Shown: one piece after another, positions 50,128 through 60,738 of the stretch
Layout of the letters: the number at the start of each line of letters is the position of its first letter
Numbering within the stretch: the stretch's first letter is position 1
NCBI GenBank assembly: GCA_049976445.1
Contig: JBMFIF010000002.1
Span: forward strand, 5,115 to 69,114
Direction: 5' to 3'
DNA: 64,000 nt
Origin: Thermoprotei archaeon
GTDB lineage: Archaea > Thermoproteota > Thermoprotei > Gearchaeales > WAQG01
Translations under genes and position numbers: made by a program
Notes under the pieces: generated by a model
Told to the model about the DNA's origin: nothing
The model's database searches: none
What the model saw: only the letters and a program-made list of their open reading frames with translations

Positions 50128-51683
50128 TGTTTTGCTACCTCCTCTATTTGAGTTTCAGTAAGTACTGGTTCAGGTAATCCTGTAAGTTCAGAAGAATACT
50201 TGGCAATGAGCTTTAAATATTTACTTAAAACATTGAGTCGTGTACGATTTATCTCTTCAAAGCGTTTCTTATTTAGATATGCAGATAAGTGTCTTGCATT
50301 TTCTCTTAATCCAAGCTCTATTTCTCTTGCTACCTCAGGCTGTTCTGCGATGTACTCTTTTCCTACAGTCTTATAAGGTATTTTTGTGGAACAAATGTGG
50401 ACAAAGAATGCGATGGGTTCATTGTAGATTTTAATCTTGTAATTGTTCCAGTCAATCCTTTTAATAACTTTCATTGAGACATCACTGTATACATCATAAA
50501 GGAGTGGAATTTTATTAGCAAACCTGTAAAGATTTACCTCACCTTCGCCTGCAGGTTGTATTTTTCCTCCATAAGCAATTGCAGTTTCAACAATAAATGG
50601 ATGACCTTCATAAGATGATGGAGGTCTTTGAACAGCATGCACAAATTCTGCACCTGTAGATTCTTTAATGCCAATTTTTAATAGGTCTTCACCTATGGGT
50701 GAAAGACCAGATGCATCAGGAGGTAAAAATTCGCTAAAGTTTTTCATTGCCGCAGAAAGCTTTACTATCATATCCTGGTTTAATTTTTCAACACGCAGAT
50801 CTGGCTGAAAACCTACATACTCTAGGAATTTTTCTGCTTTCTTAGGACCCACACGCTGAAAATTCTCTATTAAAAATTCTTTTAGAGTCATACCTTTAGA
50901 TTTCGTTATCAACCTTTTTAATAACTCTACATCTACACCATGCGGATGTGGTAAGATTTCATGTGGTTTCTTTGGCATATTTTCTGTCTTTCTTTCAAAC
51001 GTATACATCACACCATCTGGATCAATAAACCTGATCGATGCGTAAGGTAGTATCATAGATGTTTGCCACAAATACTCTATTATACGATTTTTTGCTTTAT
51101 AATAATCTCCTATAAAAGAAAAGCTTATCATTGTTCCATGCCAATCATCCGTGTTCTCAAGTATTTTTCTTTTAAGTTGTAAAGGTTTATTTCTGGTTAT
51201 GTCTATCATTAATTCATAGTAATAAATAAACCGAGATCCTAATGTTGCGGATGCGACTTCAACTGTAGTATTAGTGGTAATTTGCCCATAAAGTATAGCC
51301 ATTTTGCCGCCTAGGCCAAATAATCCTCTGGCTTGTCTTAACCTGTATTTAGAACCATAAAAAACTTGCCCAAACGCTGAAGGAATATGCTCTTGAGGAA
51401 CTCCACCACCATTATCTATAACACGTATTTTAAGTAATTCTCCATTCTCCGTCATTTTGCTAGTAAGCACTCCGTTAGTGTCATCAACTTTTATCATGCG
51501 TATTTCAACATCAGGAGGTATTCCATTATTCTCACATGAATCTAAAGAATTCTCGACAAGTTCCCTGAGTATTGTATATGTAGCTCTGGCAGAATTGTCA
51601 AAGCCCGCTATTTCCTTGTTTCTATAGAAAAAATCAGCAGGAGAAATGGATTCATACTTTTCTTCTATCAAATCAAGCTTCAC
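50124..51683 (-). CDS. top6B: DNA topoisomerase VI subunit B (GHKL ATPase)
   Basis: Bergerat-fold motifs (ELVENSLDS; DNGGGV; GLGGKMAI); 519 aa. Confidence 0.85.
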   Translation of the reverse strand: MKLDLIEEKYESISPADFFYRNKEIAGFDNSARATYTILRELVENSLDSCENNGIPPDVEIRMIKVDDTNGVLTSKMTENGELLKIRVIDNGGGVPQEHIPSAFGQVFYGSKYRLRQARGLFGLGGKMAILYGQITTNTTVEVASATLGSRFIYYYELMIDITRNKPLQLKRKILENTDDWHGTMISFSFIGDYYKAKNRIIEYLWQTSMILPYASIRFIDPDGVMYTFERKTENMPKKPHEILPHPHGVDVELLKRLITKSKGMTLKEFLIENFQRVGPKKAEKFLEYVGFQPDLRVEKLNQDMIVKLSAAMKNFSEFLPPDASGLSPIGEDLLKIGIKESTGAEFVHAVQRPPSSYEGHPFIVETAIAYGGKIQPAGEGEVNLYRFANKIPLLYDVYSDVSMKVIKRIDWNNYKIKIYNEPIAFFVHICSTKIPYKTVGKEYIAEQPEVAREIELGLRENARHLSAYLNKKRFEEINRTRLNVLSKYLKLIAKYSSELTGLPEPVLTETQIEEVAKQ

Positions 51684-52317
51684 CTCCTAAACTTTTTAAT
51701 GATCTTATTTTCTGAGCTGACTTAAAGCGTTCTAAGAATCTATAAACTGCAGTATGCGGCGAACCATCAATCAACATTTCTATAGCCCTTTTAGCTGCTT
51801 GAAGTTGCTCAAAATTACCTATTATGACTACCTCATTATTGCTAATACTAATACTTGCACCAGTAAACTCGATTATTGTGGATTTAGTCTTACCACCAGC
51901 TCCGATAATTCTCCCCTTCACTCTAGTAATGTCATTAGACGATGATAAATAGTCCTTAAGATTTATTATTTCCATAAAAGTATCAGGGTCTCGTAACCTT
52001 AATGTATCGTTTGGATCAAATCCGTATCCGTAGGCTTGGATCATTTCTCTTGCTCTTATTATATCGCTCTGTCTAGAATCTTTATCAACATCAATAGTAA
52101 TTTCACCAGTCTCTCTCTTTACAGTAATTTTGGTTCCAGTAACTTTTTCTACCTCACGAATAAACCAAGAATCTTTACCTAGTATAGATTTAAGACGAGT
52201 CTCAGGAATACTAATAACAATCCTTGAAGGATACATACTGCTCACTGCCAATCCAAAATAAATTATACTTAATCTTATTTTTATCTTGTTACCACAACTG
52301 TTTAAAGGTACAGTCAA
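51673..52317 (-). CDS. KH-domain RNA-binding protein (two KH modules, Dim2/Krr1-like)
   Basis: IIGAGGKTKSTI GXXG loop and a second KH-like segment; 214 aa. Confidence 0.5.
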   Translation of the reverse strand: MTVPLNSCGNKIKIRLSIIYFGLAVSSMYPSRIVISIPETRLKSILGKDSWFIREVEKVTGTKITVKRETGEITIDVDKDSRQSDIIRAREMIQAYGYGFDPNDTLRLRDPDTFMEIINLKDYLSSSNDITRVKGRIIGAGGKTKSTIIEFTGASISISNNEVVIIGNFEQLQAAKRAIEMLIDGSPHTAVYRFLERFKSAQKIRSLKSLGGEA

Positions 52318-52336
52318 TGAATATAAATGAAATATT

Positions 52337-52906
52337 TTATCTTGAATCGCTTAATAATTCTTCTATTAAATGTTTTAATACGCTTAATTCTCCTTTTTCA
52401 ACAAGCTTTAAAGCTTCGGATGTACTATTATTTACAATATCGTTCACATTGTAACCAGACGACAAATATCTTCTACCTTGCAATACCGTGGATACATGAT
52501 CGGCCAGTTTTACTAATTGTGCCTCAATACTCTTTCTTTCTAAATATTCTGCAAAAAATTTCTTTATAATATCCATTTCATCCTTAAACATATCAGAGAG
52601 AATCATCATTTCTATGTTTTCCTTCATGCTCATTGGAAAGTACTTACCTAATGATTTAGGAATGTCTCCAGTGATTGCCTCAGCCCAATCATGAATTATA
52701 CTCATAGAAAGCGCCTTTGATAAATCAACTTGAACACCAGAATATATAACTCTTTGAGAAAACATGAGTACAAGACTTGAAACCTCAAAAATGTGTTCTG
52801 CAACAGTTTCACATAATTGCAATGGAACACCACGTTGAATCCATCCAATCCTAGGAATATTCTTCAAAACACCTATGAACTCAACAAAATCATGAAACTT
52901 TGACAT
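52337..52906 (-). CDS. HD-domain phosphohydrolase (YfbR-like)
   Basis: H...HD...D pattern (HIFEV; IIHDWAEAITGD); 189 aa. Confidence 0.6.
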   Translation of the reverse strand: MSKFHDFVEFIGVLKNIPRIGWIQRGVPLQLCETVAEHIFEVSSLVLMFSQRVIYSGVQVDLSKALSMSIIHDWAEAITGDIPKSLGKYFPMSMKENIEMMILSDMFKDEMDIIKKFFAEYLERKSIEAQLVKLADHVSTVLQGRRYLSSGYNVNDIVNNSTSEALKLVEKGELSVLKHLIEELLSDSR

Positions 52907-53083
52907 ATGAATACCTATTTAATCTTCGCATAAATATTTTACCATCAAATATGCAAAGCTAATCTCGTTATACGCTATGGGCATGATGGGGTTGTGAAGC
53001 ATGAAGCTCCCCAATTTTAGTTGGGAGTAGTTCACTTTAGAGTTAAGTTTATTTTTAATGGAGGTTTTAGTAAATAGATTAGA

Positions 53084-54721
53084 ATGATTGATGTAAGATA
53101 TTTAATTAATCAAATGAGCCTTGAAGAAAAAATTGGTAACCTGTTTATGTTTGGTTTTGACAGTACTGATGACAGTAGAGCTGTTACAGAAAGATTAAAA
53201 ATTATTATCGACCAGTATCATGTTGGAGGAATAATTTATTTTTCTAGAAATTTAAAGAGTGCTAAACAAGCTGCTGAACTTTCTAAATCAATACAATCGT
53301 TATCAAGGCGTAACAATTATGTGTTGCCCGTTATCATAGCAACGGATCAAGAAGGTGGTAATGTAGTCAGACTAAGAGATGGCACAATATTTCCTGGTAA
53401 TATGAGTCTTGGTGCTATAGGTTCTAAAAAGATTACTTATGAGGTAGGTCGTATTATTGGTAAGGAATTGATCTCAGTAGGAATAAACATGAACTTGGCA
53501 CCAGTTTTAGATGTGAACACAAATCCTGTAAATCCTGTGATAGGTATTAGATCGTTTGGTGGTGATCCTGAGATGGTCGCATCGTTAGGTGGAGCATACA
53601 TTGAAGGTCTTCATTCTGAAGGTGTACTAGCCGTAGCAAAACATTTTCCAGGACATGGTGACTCATCGTTGGATTCTCATTTGGATCTTCCAATAATAAA
53701 TAAAGATCTTGACGAATTAATGAAGATTCATATAAAACCATTCATGGATGCAATTAGTATGTTTAATGTTGATGCAATAATGACTGCACATGTAGTATAT
53801 CCAGCTCTCGACAAAGAAAATCCTGCAACGCTTTCTAGAAAAATATTAAGAGAATTTTTGCGCGAAAAATTAGGATTCAATGGGGTTATAATGACAGATG
53901 ATATGGAGATGAGAGCAATAAGTGATAGATATGCACCTGGTGATGCTTCTATTAAGGCATTAAAGGCTGGTGCAGACCTCATACTTTTCTCTCATACATA
54001 TTCTAAACAAATTGAGGCTTATAATACTGTTCTTAAGGCAGTAGAAAATGAGTATATTACAAATGATGAGTTAGATGAGAAGGTTAGAAGGATTCTTCAG
54101 CTTAAACTTCGCGTTATAGATCATATGAGTAAAATAGATCCATCGATTGTCGGTAAGAAGGAACATCGTGACTTTGAATTAGAAGTCGCTAGAAAGGCTG
54201 TAACATTGTTAAAAAATAATAATAGAGTATTACCAATTAAAGGTGAACGAGAGGTTATAATTGTTGAACCAAAAATAGGTATTTCATCACAAGTTGAAGA
54301 AAAATATCAACCATTATATTTATCTGAAATACTTAAGAATTATCTTAAAATAAAGAGTGTAGTAGTTAATAAGGATTTAAACGATGATTATTACAGTAAG
54401 TTTTCCAAACTCTTAGAAAGTAATAGTGCTGCTGTATTTTTAATCGTAATTTCGTCTAAAGATGGTGTTGAATTCTTTAATAAAATAGTGCAGAATAATA
54501 ACTATAATAATGATACTGTAGTGGTTCTTTTTAAGAATCCTTTTCTCATAAATTATTTAAATACTAATCGCAGTGATTCAATAATAATAGGATACGCTTA
54601 TACACAGTGTATGATTATTGCAATTAGTGAGCTTATCATAGGAAAAATTAAGCCTAATGGTAAATTGCCAGTTAACTTAAATGAAGAGTATAAAATTGGT
54701 TATGGTATGAGAGATTTTTAG
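53084..54721 (+). CDS. glycoside hydrolase family 3 beta-N-acetylhexosaminidase-like (NagZ-type N-domain plus C-terminal domain)
   Basis: KHFPGHGDSSLDSHLDLP signature; 545 aa. Confidence 0.7.
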   Translation: MIDVRYLINQMSLEEKIGNLFMFGFDSTDDSRAVTERLKIIIDQYHVGGIIYFSRNLKSAKQAAELSKSIQSLSRRNNYVLPVIIATDQEGGNVVRLRDGTIFPGNMSLGAIGSKKITYEVGRIIGKELISVGINMNLAPVLDVNTNPVNPVIGIRSFGGDPEMVASLGGAYIEGLHSEGVLAVAKHFPGHGDSSLDSHLDLPIINKDLDELMKIHIKPFMDAISMFNVDAIMTAHVVYPALDKENPATLSRKILREFLREKLGFNGVIMTDDMEMRAISDRYAPGDASIKALKAGADLILFSHTYSKQIEAYNTVLKAVENEYITNDELDEKVRRILQLKLRVIDHMSKIDPSIVGKKEHRDFELEVARKAVTLLKNNNRVLPIKGEREVIIVEPKIGISSQVEEKYQPLYLSEILKNYLKIKSVVVNKDLNDDYYSKFSKLLESNSAAVFLIVISSKDGVEFFNKIVQNNNYNNDTVVVLFKNPFLINYLNTNRSDSIIIGYAYTQCMIIAISELIIGKIKPNGKLPVNLNEEYKIGYGMRDF

Positions 54722-54729
54722 GTGATCTA

Positions 54730-55842
54730 ATGGAGTTGTATTATGGAACACCTGAAGAAGCCGGATTAAATAAGGTACGATTAGATAAGATTCATGAGTT
54801 TATGAAAAAATACGTTAATGATGCCTTTCCAGGTGCTGTAATACTTATTGCGCGTAAAAGTGTAATTGCATTTCATGAAGCATATGGCAGCTCACAGATT
54901 ATACCAGTAAAAAGAGAAATGACAAGGGAGACAATATTTGATCTAGCATCTCTTACTAAACCTCTAGCAACATCAATAATAACTATGAGACTAGTTGAAG
55001 ATGGTCTTATAAATCTAAGACAAAAAATTTCAACAATATTTGATGAAATAGGGAAAGATGAAATAAAGCGCGAAATTACATTATGGCATTTGCTCACTCA
55101 CACATCTGGGTTACCTGCATGGGAACCTTTTTACAAAGGCTTTAAAGACAAAAAAGAAATAATTAAAGCTGCACTTAGCGCATTTCCTTCAAGCAAACCC
55201 GGTGAGAAATATACATATAGTGATCTAGGCTATATTATTTTAACTGGTATTGCAGAAGAAGTTTCTGGTAAAACATTTGACAAATTATTCGAAGAATATG
55301 TAGCATCACCATTAAGCCTTAAAGATACAATGTTTAATCCACCGGATTATTTAAAATCCCGCATAGCAGCTACAGAATTATGCGAATGGAGAGGAGAAGT
55401 TTTAGTTGGTTCTGTTCATGATGAGAATGCATATGCAATGGGTGGTGTAAGCGGTCATGCTGGACTTTTCTCAACAGCATTGGATATCGCTAAGATAGCA
55501 CAAATGATGCTTAACGGTGGAATCTATGGATCAAAAGAAATCTTATCTAGATCTTCCGTTCAGATTATGATAAAAAATCATGTTAAAAATTTAGGTGCTG
55601 GTTATGGTTTAGGGTGGATGATAAATAATGCCCCCAATGGAACATCAGCTGGAGATCTGTTTTCTAAAGAATCTTTTGGACATACTGGCTTTACAGGAAC
55701 ATCTCTTTGGGTTGATCCGGAAAAGGAGTTAATAGCAGTTTTACTTACTAATAGAATACATCCCTCAAGACAAAATACAAAACTTATAGAACTAAGACCA
55801 AAAATACATAACCTGATAGCATCAACTTTAACAAGATATTAA
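54730..55842 (+). CDS. beta-lactamase-fold serine hydrolase (class C / D-aminopeptidase / esterase family)
   Basis: SLTK (SxxK), YSD and HTGFTG (K/HTG) motifs; 370 aa; 8 bp after the GH3 gene. Confidence 0.7.
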   Translation: MELYYGTPEEAGLNKVRLDKIHEFMKKYVNDAFPGAVILIARKSVIAFHEAYGSSQIIPVKREMTRETIFDLASLTKPLATSIITMRLVEDGLINLRQKISTIFDEIGKDEIKREITLWHLLTHTSGLPAWEPFYKGFKDKKEIIKAALSAFPSSKPGEKYTYSDLGYIILTGIAEEVSGKTFDKLFEEYVASPLSLKDTMFNPPDYLKSRIAATELCEWRGEVLVGSVHDENAYAMGGVSGHAGLFSTALDIAKIAQMMLNGGIYGSKEILSRSSVQIMIKNHVKNLGAGYGLGWMINNAPNGTSAGDLFSKESFGHTGFTGTSLWVDPEKELIAVLLTNRIHPSRQNTKLIELRPKIHNLIASTLTRY

Positions 55843-55870
55843 TTTCTGAAATTCACATACTTTCTGTTGG

Positions 55871-55960
55871 TAGTTGAATCATTTTAGGATAAATTTTATA
55901 CTGTTTTAAGAAATGATGGGTATGAATTGGTTCATACTAATCTGGTTCCACTACCGTTCT
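55871..55960 (+). repeat. about 90-bp direct repeat, copy 1
   Basis: GGTAGTTGAATCATTTTAGGATAAATTTTATACT...GTATGAATTGGTTCATAC...; about 85% identical to 60521-60610. Confidence 0.6.
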
Positions 55961-56204
55961 AGAGGGAAAAGAAATCAAATGCATAAGAGGACCCTACAAT
56001 CATATCAGGAGGAAGCTCCAGAAGAAGGGACTCCTAAAAAAGGATAGAGGAGGCATGAGCCCTCTTGAACTGGCAAATGAGGTTGGAGGATAAAGCCCCC
56101 AGCTGAACATCAGAAGCTCAGCCTTTTAGGAGTAGCTCATATAATCGACATTATTGTGTATAATGAATCTCAGTACTTAAGCTCACCAATTTTTCTATAA
56201 TTAT

Positions 56205-56576
56205 TTAATGTTGTTCATTATTGAGAAGGAATTCAATGTATTCTTTTATTACTGTAGCATTATTTCTTTCTTTGTCTTTGGTTGCATAAAGTAATGTTAT
56301 GCTATTTTTTTGTTTTATTATCTCGATTAATTTTTGTAATGAAGGATTATTTTCTAATTCTTTAATATACCTTTTTTTAAATTCATTCCATTTAGCGGGA
56401 TCATGAGAAAACCATTTCCTTAAATCATTTGAAGGTGCAATATCTCTAAGCCATAAATCTATTTTTGATTTCTTTTTGCTTAATCCTCTAGGCCATAGTC
56501 TATCTACTAAAATTCTGTAACCATCATCTTCAGATGGTTCTTCGTAAATTCTTTTTATTTTAATCATTTTTCTCAT
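56205..56576 (-). CDS. DUF488 family protein
   Basis: 123 aa; YRILVDRLWPRGLSK...LWLRDIAPS pattern typical of DUF488. Confidence 0.55.
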   Translation of the reverse strand: MRKMIKIKRIYEEPSEDDGYRILVDRLWPRGLSKKKSKIDLWLRDIAPSNDLRKWFSHDPAKWNEFKKRYIKELENNPSLQKLIEIIKQKNSITLLYATKDKERNNATVIKEYIEFLLNNEQH

Positions 56577-56711
56577 TAAAAAAGTGAATTCTCATCTAAA
56601 TATTTTTGACGGGCATTAAATAAAAATCATCATTAACCATTATTTGAGTGTTAAATCAGATAATATTAAAATTGATTAGTTAGATAAGTGAGTTTTGAGA
56701 TTTTTATTAGA

Positions 56712-57284
56712 TTATTGTACTTTAAATAAAACATCTATGATCTTTTGTATATATTCATAAGGTTGCTCTACGCGTTCAGCAAAATCCATAGAAATAACAT
56801 AATAAAATAAATTTCCAAGGAATATTTTTAAATAAAACTCATCGATCATTTTTCCAGTTAGGTTCTGTATTTTTTCTTTTAATTTGGTATAGTTTGAGTG
56901 ATGAATTTTTTTGAAGGTTTCTTTAATTTCACTGTATCTATTTGCTATTCCTATGGAATAAAGGAAAAGTTTTCTTTCAATGGGGTCATTGTATTTTAGA
57001 ATATATTTTAATGCTAGATCATTAAGCATTTCTTTAACATCATTATAATGTTTTTCTATTACATTGTTTAATACTTCAACTGGTGAAACACTGATAGCAA
57101 TCTCTTTGATTAATTGCTCTTTGCTTGTAAAATATGTATAAAATGTGCCTTTGGAGAGTTTAACTTTTTCCATTATTTCATCTACTGTAGTCAAGTCAAA
57201 ACCTTTTTCAGCGAATATTTGACGTGCAGCCATGATGATTAATTTCTTTTTTTCGTTATTGCTATTCCTCATAATCCTACACAT
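56712..57284 (-). CDS. TetR/AcrR-family transcriptional regulator
   Basis: N-terminal HTH (IMAARQIFAEKGFDLTTVDEIMEKVKLSKGTFYTYF); 190 aa; divergent from the radical-SAM genes. Confidence 0.75.
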   Translation of the reverse strand: MCRIMRNSNNEKKKLIIMAARQIFAEKGFDLTTVDEIMEKVKLSKGTFYTYFTSKEQLIKEIAISVSPVEVLNNVIEKHYNDVKEMLNDLALKYILKYNDPIERKLFLYSIGIANRYSEIKETFKKIHHSNYTKLKEKIQNLTGKMIDEFYLKIFLGNLFYYVISMDFAERVEQPYEYIQKIIDVLFKVQ

Positions 57285-57372
57285 AATTTAGTTCTGCATA
57301 GTTATATACTTTTTGGCTAACTAGTCAGTCAAAAATATAAGTATCTTTAAAGAAATATATAAGTGAGAAATT

Positions 57373-58896
57373 ATGGGTAATACTAATGGTTCGAATTCAA
57401 TGGTTAATGCTATAGAATCATTTAAGGGTATTGTAGATAATCCATTGAGTAAGTATTTATTAAGATATTTAACTGGTTATTGTGAGAAGGATCATGAGAA
57501 TCGGTTAGAGGTTGCTCTTGAACTTTACTTAGGAATTAGGAAAGATGCTTGTTTTTCTTGTCGATCAGCTTCTAAGGTTGTTAGTTACATTGTTAAAAAA
57601 GGTGCAAAGAGTTTTGGAGTTAGTGAGGATCAATTAAAAAGTACTATGAAAGATTCGTATTGGAGAAGAGGTCTTATTAGTGTACTTAAAGGTATAGCAT
57701 TTTTTGGTGTTCGCAAGCCGTTTGTACCAGGGGCTCCGTTTCAAGTCGTATGGAATATAACCAAAGCGTGTAATATGAACTGTTTGCATTGTTATGAAAG
57801 CGCTGGCATAAAGGGTAATGATGAACTCACTTCTGAACAAATTCATCAGGGAATAGATATACTTGCTGATGCTGGCGTAACTATCTTAGCGTTTTCTGGA
57901 GGTGAGCCAACAATACATCCTAATATAGTAGAATTCATTAGTCATGCTCACAATAGGGGAATGTACGTAGCTATTGCTACTAATGGTTATGTTTTAGCCA
58001 ATAAGTATGTTATAAGAAAATTAAAGAGTGCAGGTTTAGGATATGTACAGATTAGTCTAGATGGTCTGAATCCAAACACTCATGACTCATTTAGAAGGGT
58101 GAAGGGTGCTTGGGAACATGCTGTTCGTGCAATAAAAAATAGTATTGAGGAAGGATTATTTGTTGAAGTAGCTACTACTGTTACAAAATACAATATTAAT
58201 GAAATACCTGAAATGATTAAGTTTGTCAGAAATCTTAAAGCTAATTGGTTTATGTTATATAATTTTGTCCCTACAGGGCGTGGGAAAGAGATTATAGAAA
58301 GTGATCTTTCACCGAGAGAACGTTTTGATCTTTTAAAATTAGCCTATTCAGAAACAGGTGATGGTGGTTTGCAAGTGCTTTCCACAGCTCCTCAGTATGC
58401 TGCTGTTGCGCAAATGTTTAATAAGAATGGTAAGAATATAATACCAACTCATTTCTATAATCCTGAATATAATGATCCAAAAATACGTCAGTTAGCAGAA
58501 TTTATTGGTGGTTGTGGTGCTGGGAGGTTTTATATATCGATCGAGCCAAATGGAGACATATATCCATGCGTATTCTTTCCACATGTAGATGAAGTAAAAA
58601 TCGGTAATTTGTTAAAAGATGATTTCGAAAAACTTTGGAGGGAACATGAGTTATTATGGAAATTACGAAATAAGGATATTTTAGAAGGATTCTGTGGTAA
58701 ATGTGCGTTTAGATATACATGTGGGGGGTGTCGAGCTCGTGCATATAATTATTTTGGCAACGTATTAGCACCTGACCCAGGATGCATTTTTAATTCTAAA
58801 GAATGGAATAAATTAAGGTCTGAATTGCTTATTAAATATCATGCAGAGGAAACACCAGCAGGTAATATTCTCATAAGAATAAATGATACACCATGA
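57373..58896 (+). CDS. radical SAM enzyme with C-terminal SPASM domain and a Cys-bearing N-terminal extension (candidate tetraether-synthase / GDGT-MAS-like)
   Basis: CNMNCLHCY (Cx3Cx2C) at about residue 133; C-terminal CGAG...PC...CGKC...CGGC SPASM cysteines; N-terminal region with GYC/DAC/FSC; 507 aa. Confidence 0.75.
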   Translation: MGNTNGSNSMVNAIESFKGIVDNPLSKYLLRYLTGYCEKDHENRLEVALELYLGIRKDACFSCRSASKVVSYIVKKGAKSFGVSEDQLKSTMKDSYWRRGLISVLKGIAFFGVRKPFVPGAPFQVVWNITKACNMNCLHCYESAGIKGNDELTSEQIHQGIDILADAGVTILAFSGGEPTIHPNIVEFISHAHNRGMYVAIATNGYVLANKYVIRKLKSAGLGYVQISLDGLNPNTHDSFRRVKGAWEHAVRAIKNSIEEGLFVEVATTVTKYNINEIPEMIKFVRNLKANWFMLYNFVPTGRGKEIIESDLSPRERFDLLKLAYSETGDGGLQVLSTAPQYAAVAQMFNKNGKNIIPTHFYNPEYNDPKIRQLAEFIGGCGAGRFYISIEPNGDIYPCVFFPHVDEVKIGNLLKDDFEKLWREHELLWKLRNKDILEGFCGKCAFRYTCGGCRARAYNYFGNVLAPDPGCIFNSKEWNKLRSELLIKYHAEETPAGNILIRINDTP

Positions 58897-60341
58897 CGCG
58901 CATTATTCTCATAAATCCTATAGATAGAACTCAGATCACTAATAGGCTTGGACTAAAAGCACCACCACTAAATTTAATGTACCTTGCGTCTGCGCTTGAA
59001 AAAGCTGGATTCTATGTTAAAATTATAGATGCTAATCTTTATAATATACTACCGCATCAAATAGCAAGAGTAATAAAAGGGTTTAGACCTGATATTATTG
59101 GTTTAACAGCTGCAACCGCTACCATAAAAACTGCTTTACATTATGTATCAGAAATCAAAAAGGCTATATCAAACGTATTTACCATAATAGGTGGACCTCA
59201 TGTTACTTTTCTTCCAACAGAAACATTGAATATGTCAAAAGATTTAGATGCGGTAGTTATAGGTGAAGGTGAAGAAACCATCGTCAAGATAGCAGAATCT
59301 TATGAAAAAAGTAATCCGGAATGGCTTTCTAACATAAGAGGAGTGGCTTATAGGATAAAAAATCATGATTCAAGTAAAATAAAAATCACACCCCCAAGGC
59401 CTTTTATTAAAAACTTAGATTTAATACCATTCCCGGCTCGTCATTTAGTACCGTTTAACGAATATAAGCTGTACAACAAGGATACACCCATAGGTAGTAT
59501 GATTACAAGTAGGGGTTGCGTTTTTGCATGTAATTATTGTTCATCCTCGCACCTGATGGGAAGAATGTTTCGAGCACGCAGTTCAAAAAATGTAGTTGAT
59601 GAAATCGAAGAATTAGTATACAAATACAATGTTGATACAATCGAATTTATTGATGATATTTTCACTCTAAACAAAAAACGTGCATTAGAGATTGCTAAGG
59701 AAATACGCTCTAGAAAAATTGATATAAACTTTGTTGCATCATCTAGAGTTGATACTATAAACCGTGAATTATTAACAGAATTAAAAAAAGCTGGGCTTTC
59801 AACAATGTATTATGGTGTAGAATCAGGTTCAGAACGCGTTTTAAAATTAATGAATAAAAGAATCACGTTATCACAAGCGGAAAAAGCCATAAATGAAACT
59901 AAAAACATTGGTGTTAGTACACTAGCATCATTCATACTAGGTTATCCAGGTGAAACTCTTAATGAGATGTGGGCCACTATAAAATTCTCTATAAAACTTA
60001 ACCCAGATTATGCACAATTCTCCATACTCACACCATATCCTGGGACACCAATATACTATGAACTTAAACAAAAAGGATTAATCGCTACAGAAGATTGGGA
60101 TAAATACACAGTATTAGACCCAGTTATAGAATATGAAAAATTAGGATTAAGCAAACACATAGTCTCAAAAATGCTCAGAGAAGCATATTTAAGATTTTAT
60201 CTAAGACCAAGATACTTATTAAAACGAATAACAATGTTAAAGGCTCTAATATATACAATGATCAATACTTATATCTTACCTATTTTTCAACACAAAGACT
60301 CATTAGGTTGGTATAAGGACCTAAGCACTCATCACGATTGA
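58893..60341 (+). CDS. B12-binding-domain radical SAM enzyme (class B)
   Basis: N-terminal Rossmann-like cobalamin-binding region; CVFACNYC (Cx3Cx2C); 482 aa; start overlaps the upstream radical-SAM stop by 4 bp. Confidence 0.75.
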   Translation: MTRIILINPIDRTQITNRLGLKAPPLNLMYLASALEKAGFYVKIIDANLYNILPHQIARVIKGFRPDIIGLTAATATIKTALHYVSEIKKAISNVFTIIGGPHVTFLPTETLNMSKDLDAVVIGEGEETIVKIAESYEKSNPEWLSNIRGVAYRIKNHDSSKIKITPPRPFIKNLDLIPFPARHLVPFNEYKLYNKDTPIGSMITSRGCVFACNYCSSSHLMGRMFRARSSKNVVDEIEELVYKYNVDTIEFIDDIFTLNKKRALEIAKEIRSRKIDINFVASSRVDTINRELLTELKKAGLSTMYYGVESGSERVLKLMNKRITLSQAEKAINETKNIGVSTLASFILGYPGETLNEMWATIKFSIKLNPDYAQFSILTPYPGTPIYYELKQKGLIATEDWDKYTVLDPVIEYEKLGLSKHIVSKMLREAYLRFYLRPRYLLKRITMLKALIYTMINTYILPIFQHKDSLGWYKDLSTHHD

Positions 60342-60520
60342 AGACAGAAGATTTTCACTCCTAAAATGCTCACCAATCTGTTGTCACTCCTTTAAACCTT
60401 CATTATAGAAAACTGTTCAAAAATATTACTGATAGAAATTTAATGCTTTTTTACATAATTTTTGTCCCTTAATCTTCATAAAGTGATGATGAATCTTTCA
60501 TCGTTGAGCTTATTTATTGG

Positions 60521-60610
60521 GTAGTCGAATCATTTTAGGATAAATTTTATACTATCTTAAGAAAAGATGAGTATGGATTGGTTCATACTAACCTGACTCC
60601 ACCACATATT
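60521..60610 (+). repeat. about 90-bp direct repeat, copy 2
   Basis: See copy 1. The internal hairpin GTATGGATTGGTTCATAC differs from copy 1 by A to G, which keeps pairing as a G-U wobble. Confidence 0.6.
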
Positions 60611-60738
60611 TATCAAGTAGCATTTTTCAAACTACAACACACACAATTATGTAGCAAAGCAAAACTTAATTAATCTTTATAAATTGTTTACGATATCTAT
60701 TTATTCATAAAATGATAAATTCTCTTGAGGTGTTTTAA

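Noticed and set aside
55871-55960. C/D-box sRNA interpretation of the 90-bp repeat (AAUGAUGG ... CUGG/CUGA boxes)
   Set aside because: The boxes are only about 28 nt apart with no C'/D' pair, which does not fit C/D-box architecture. It is kept as an unclassified structured repeat.
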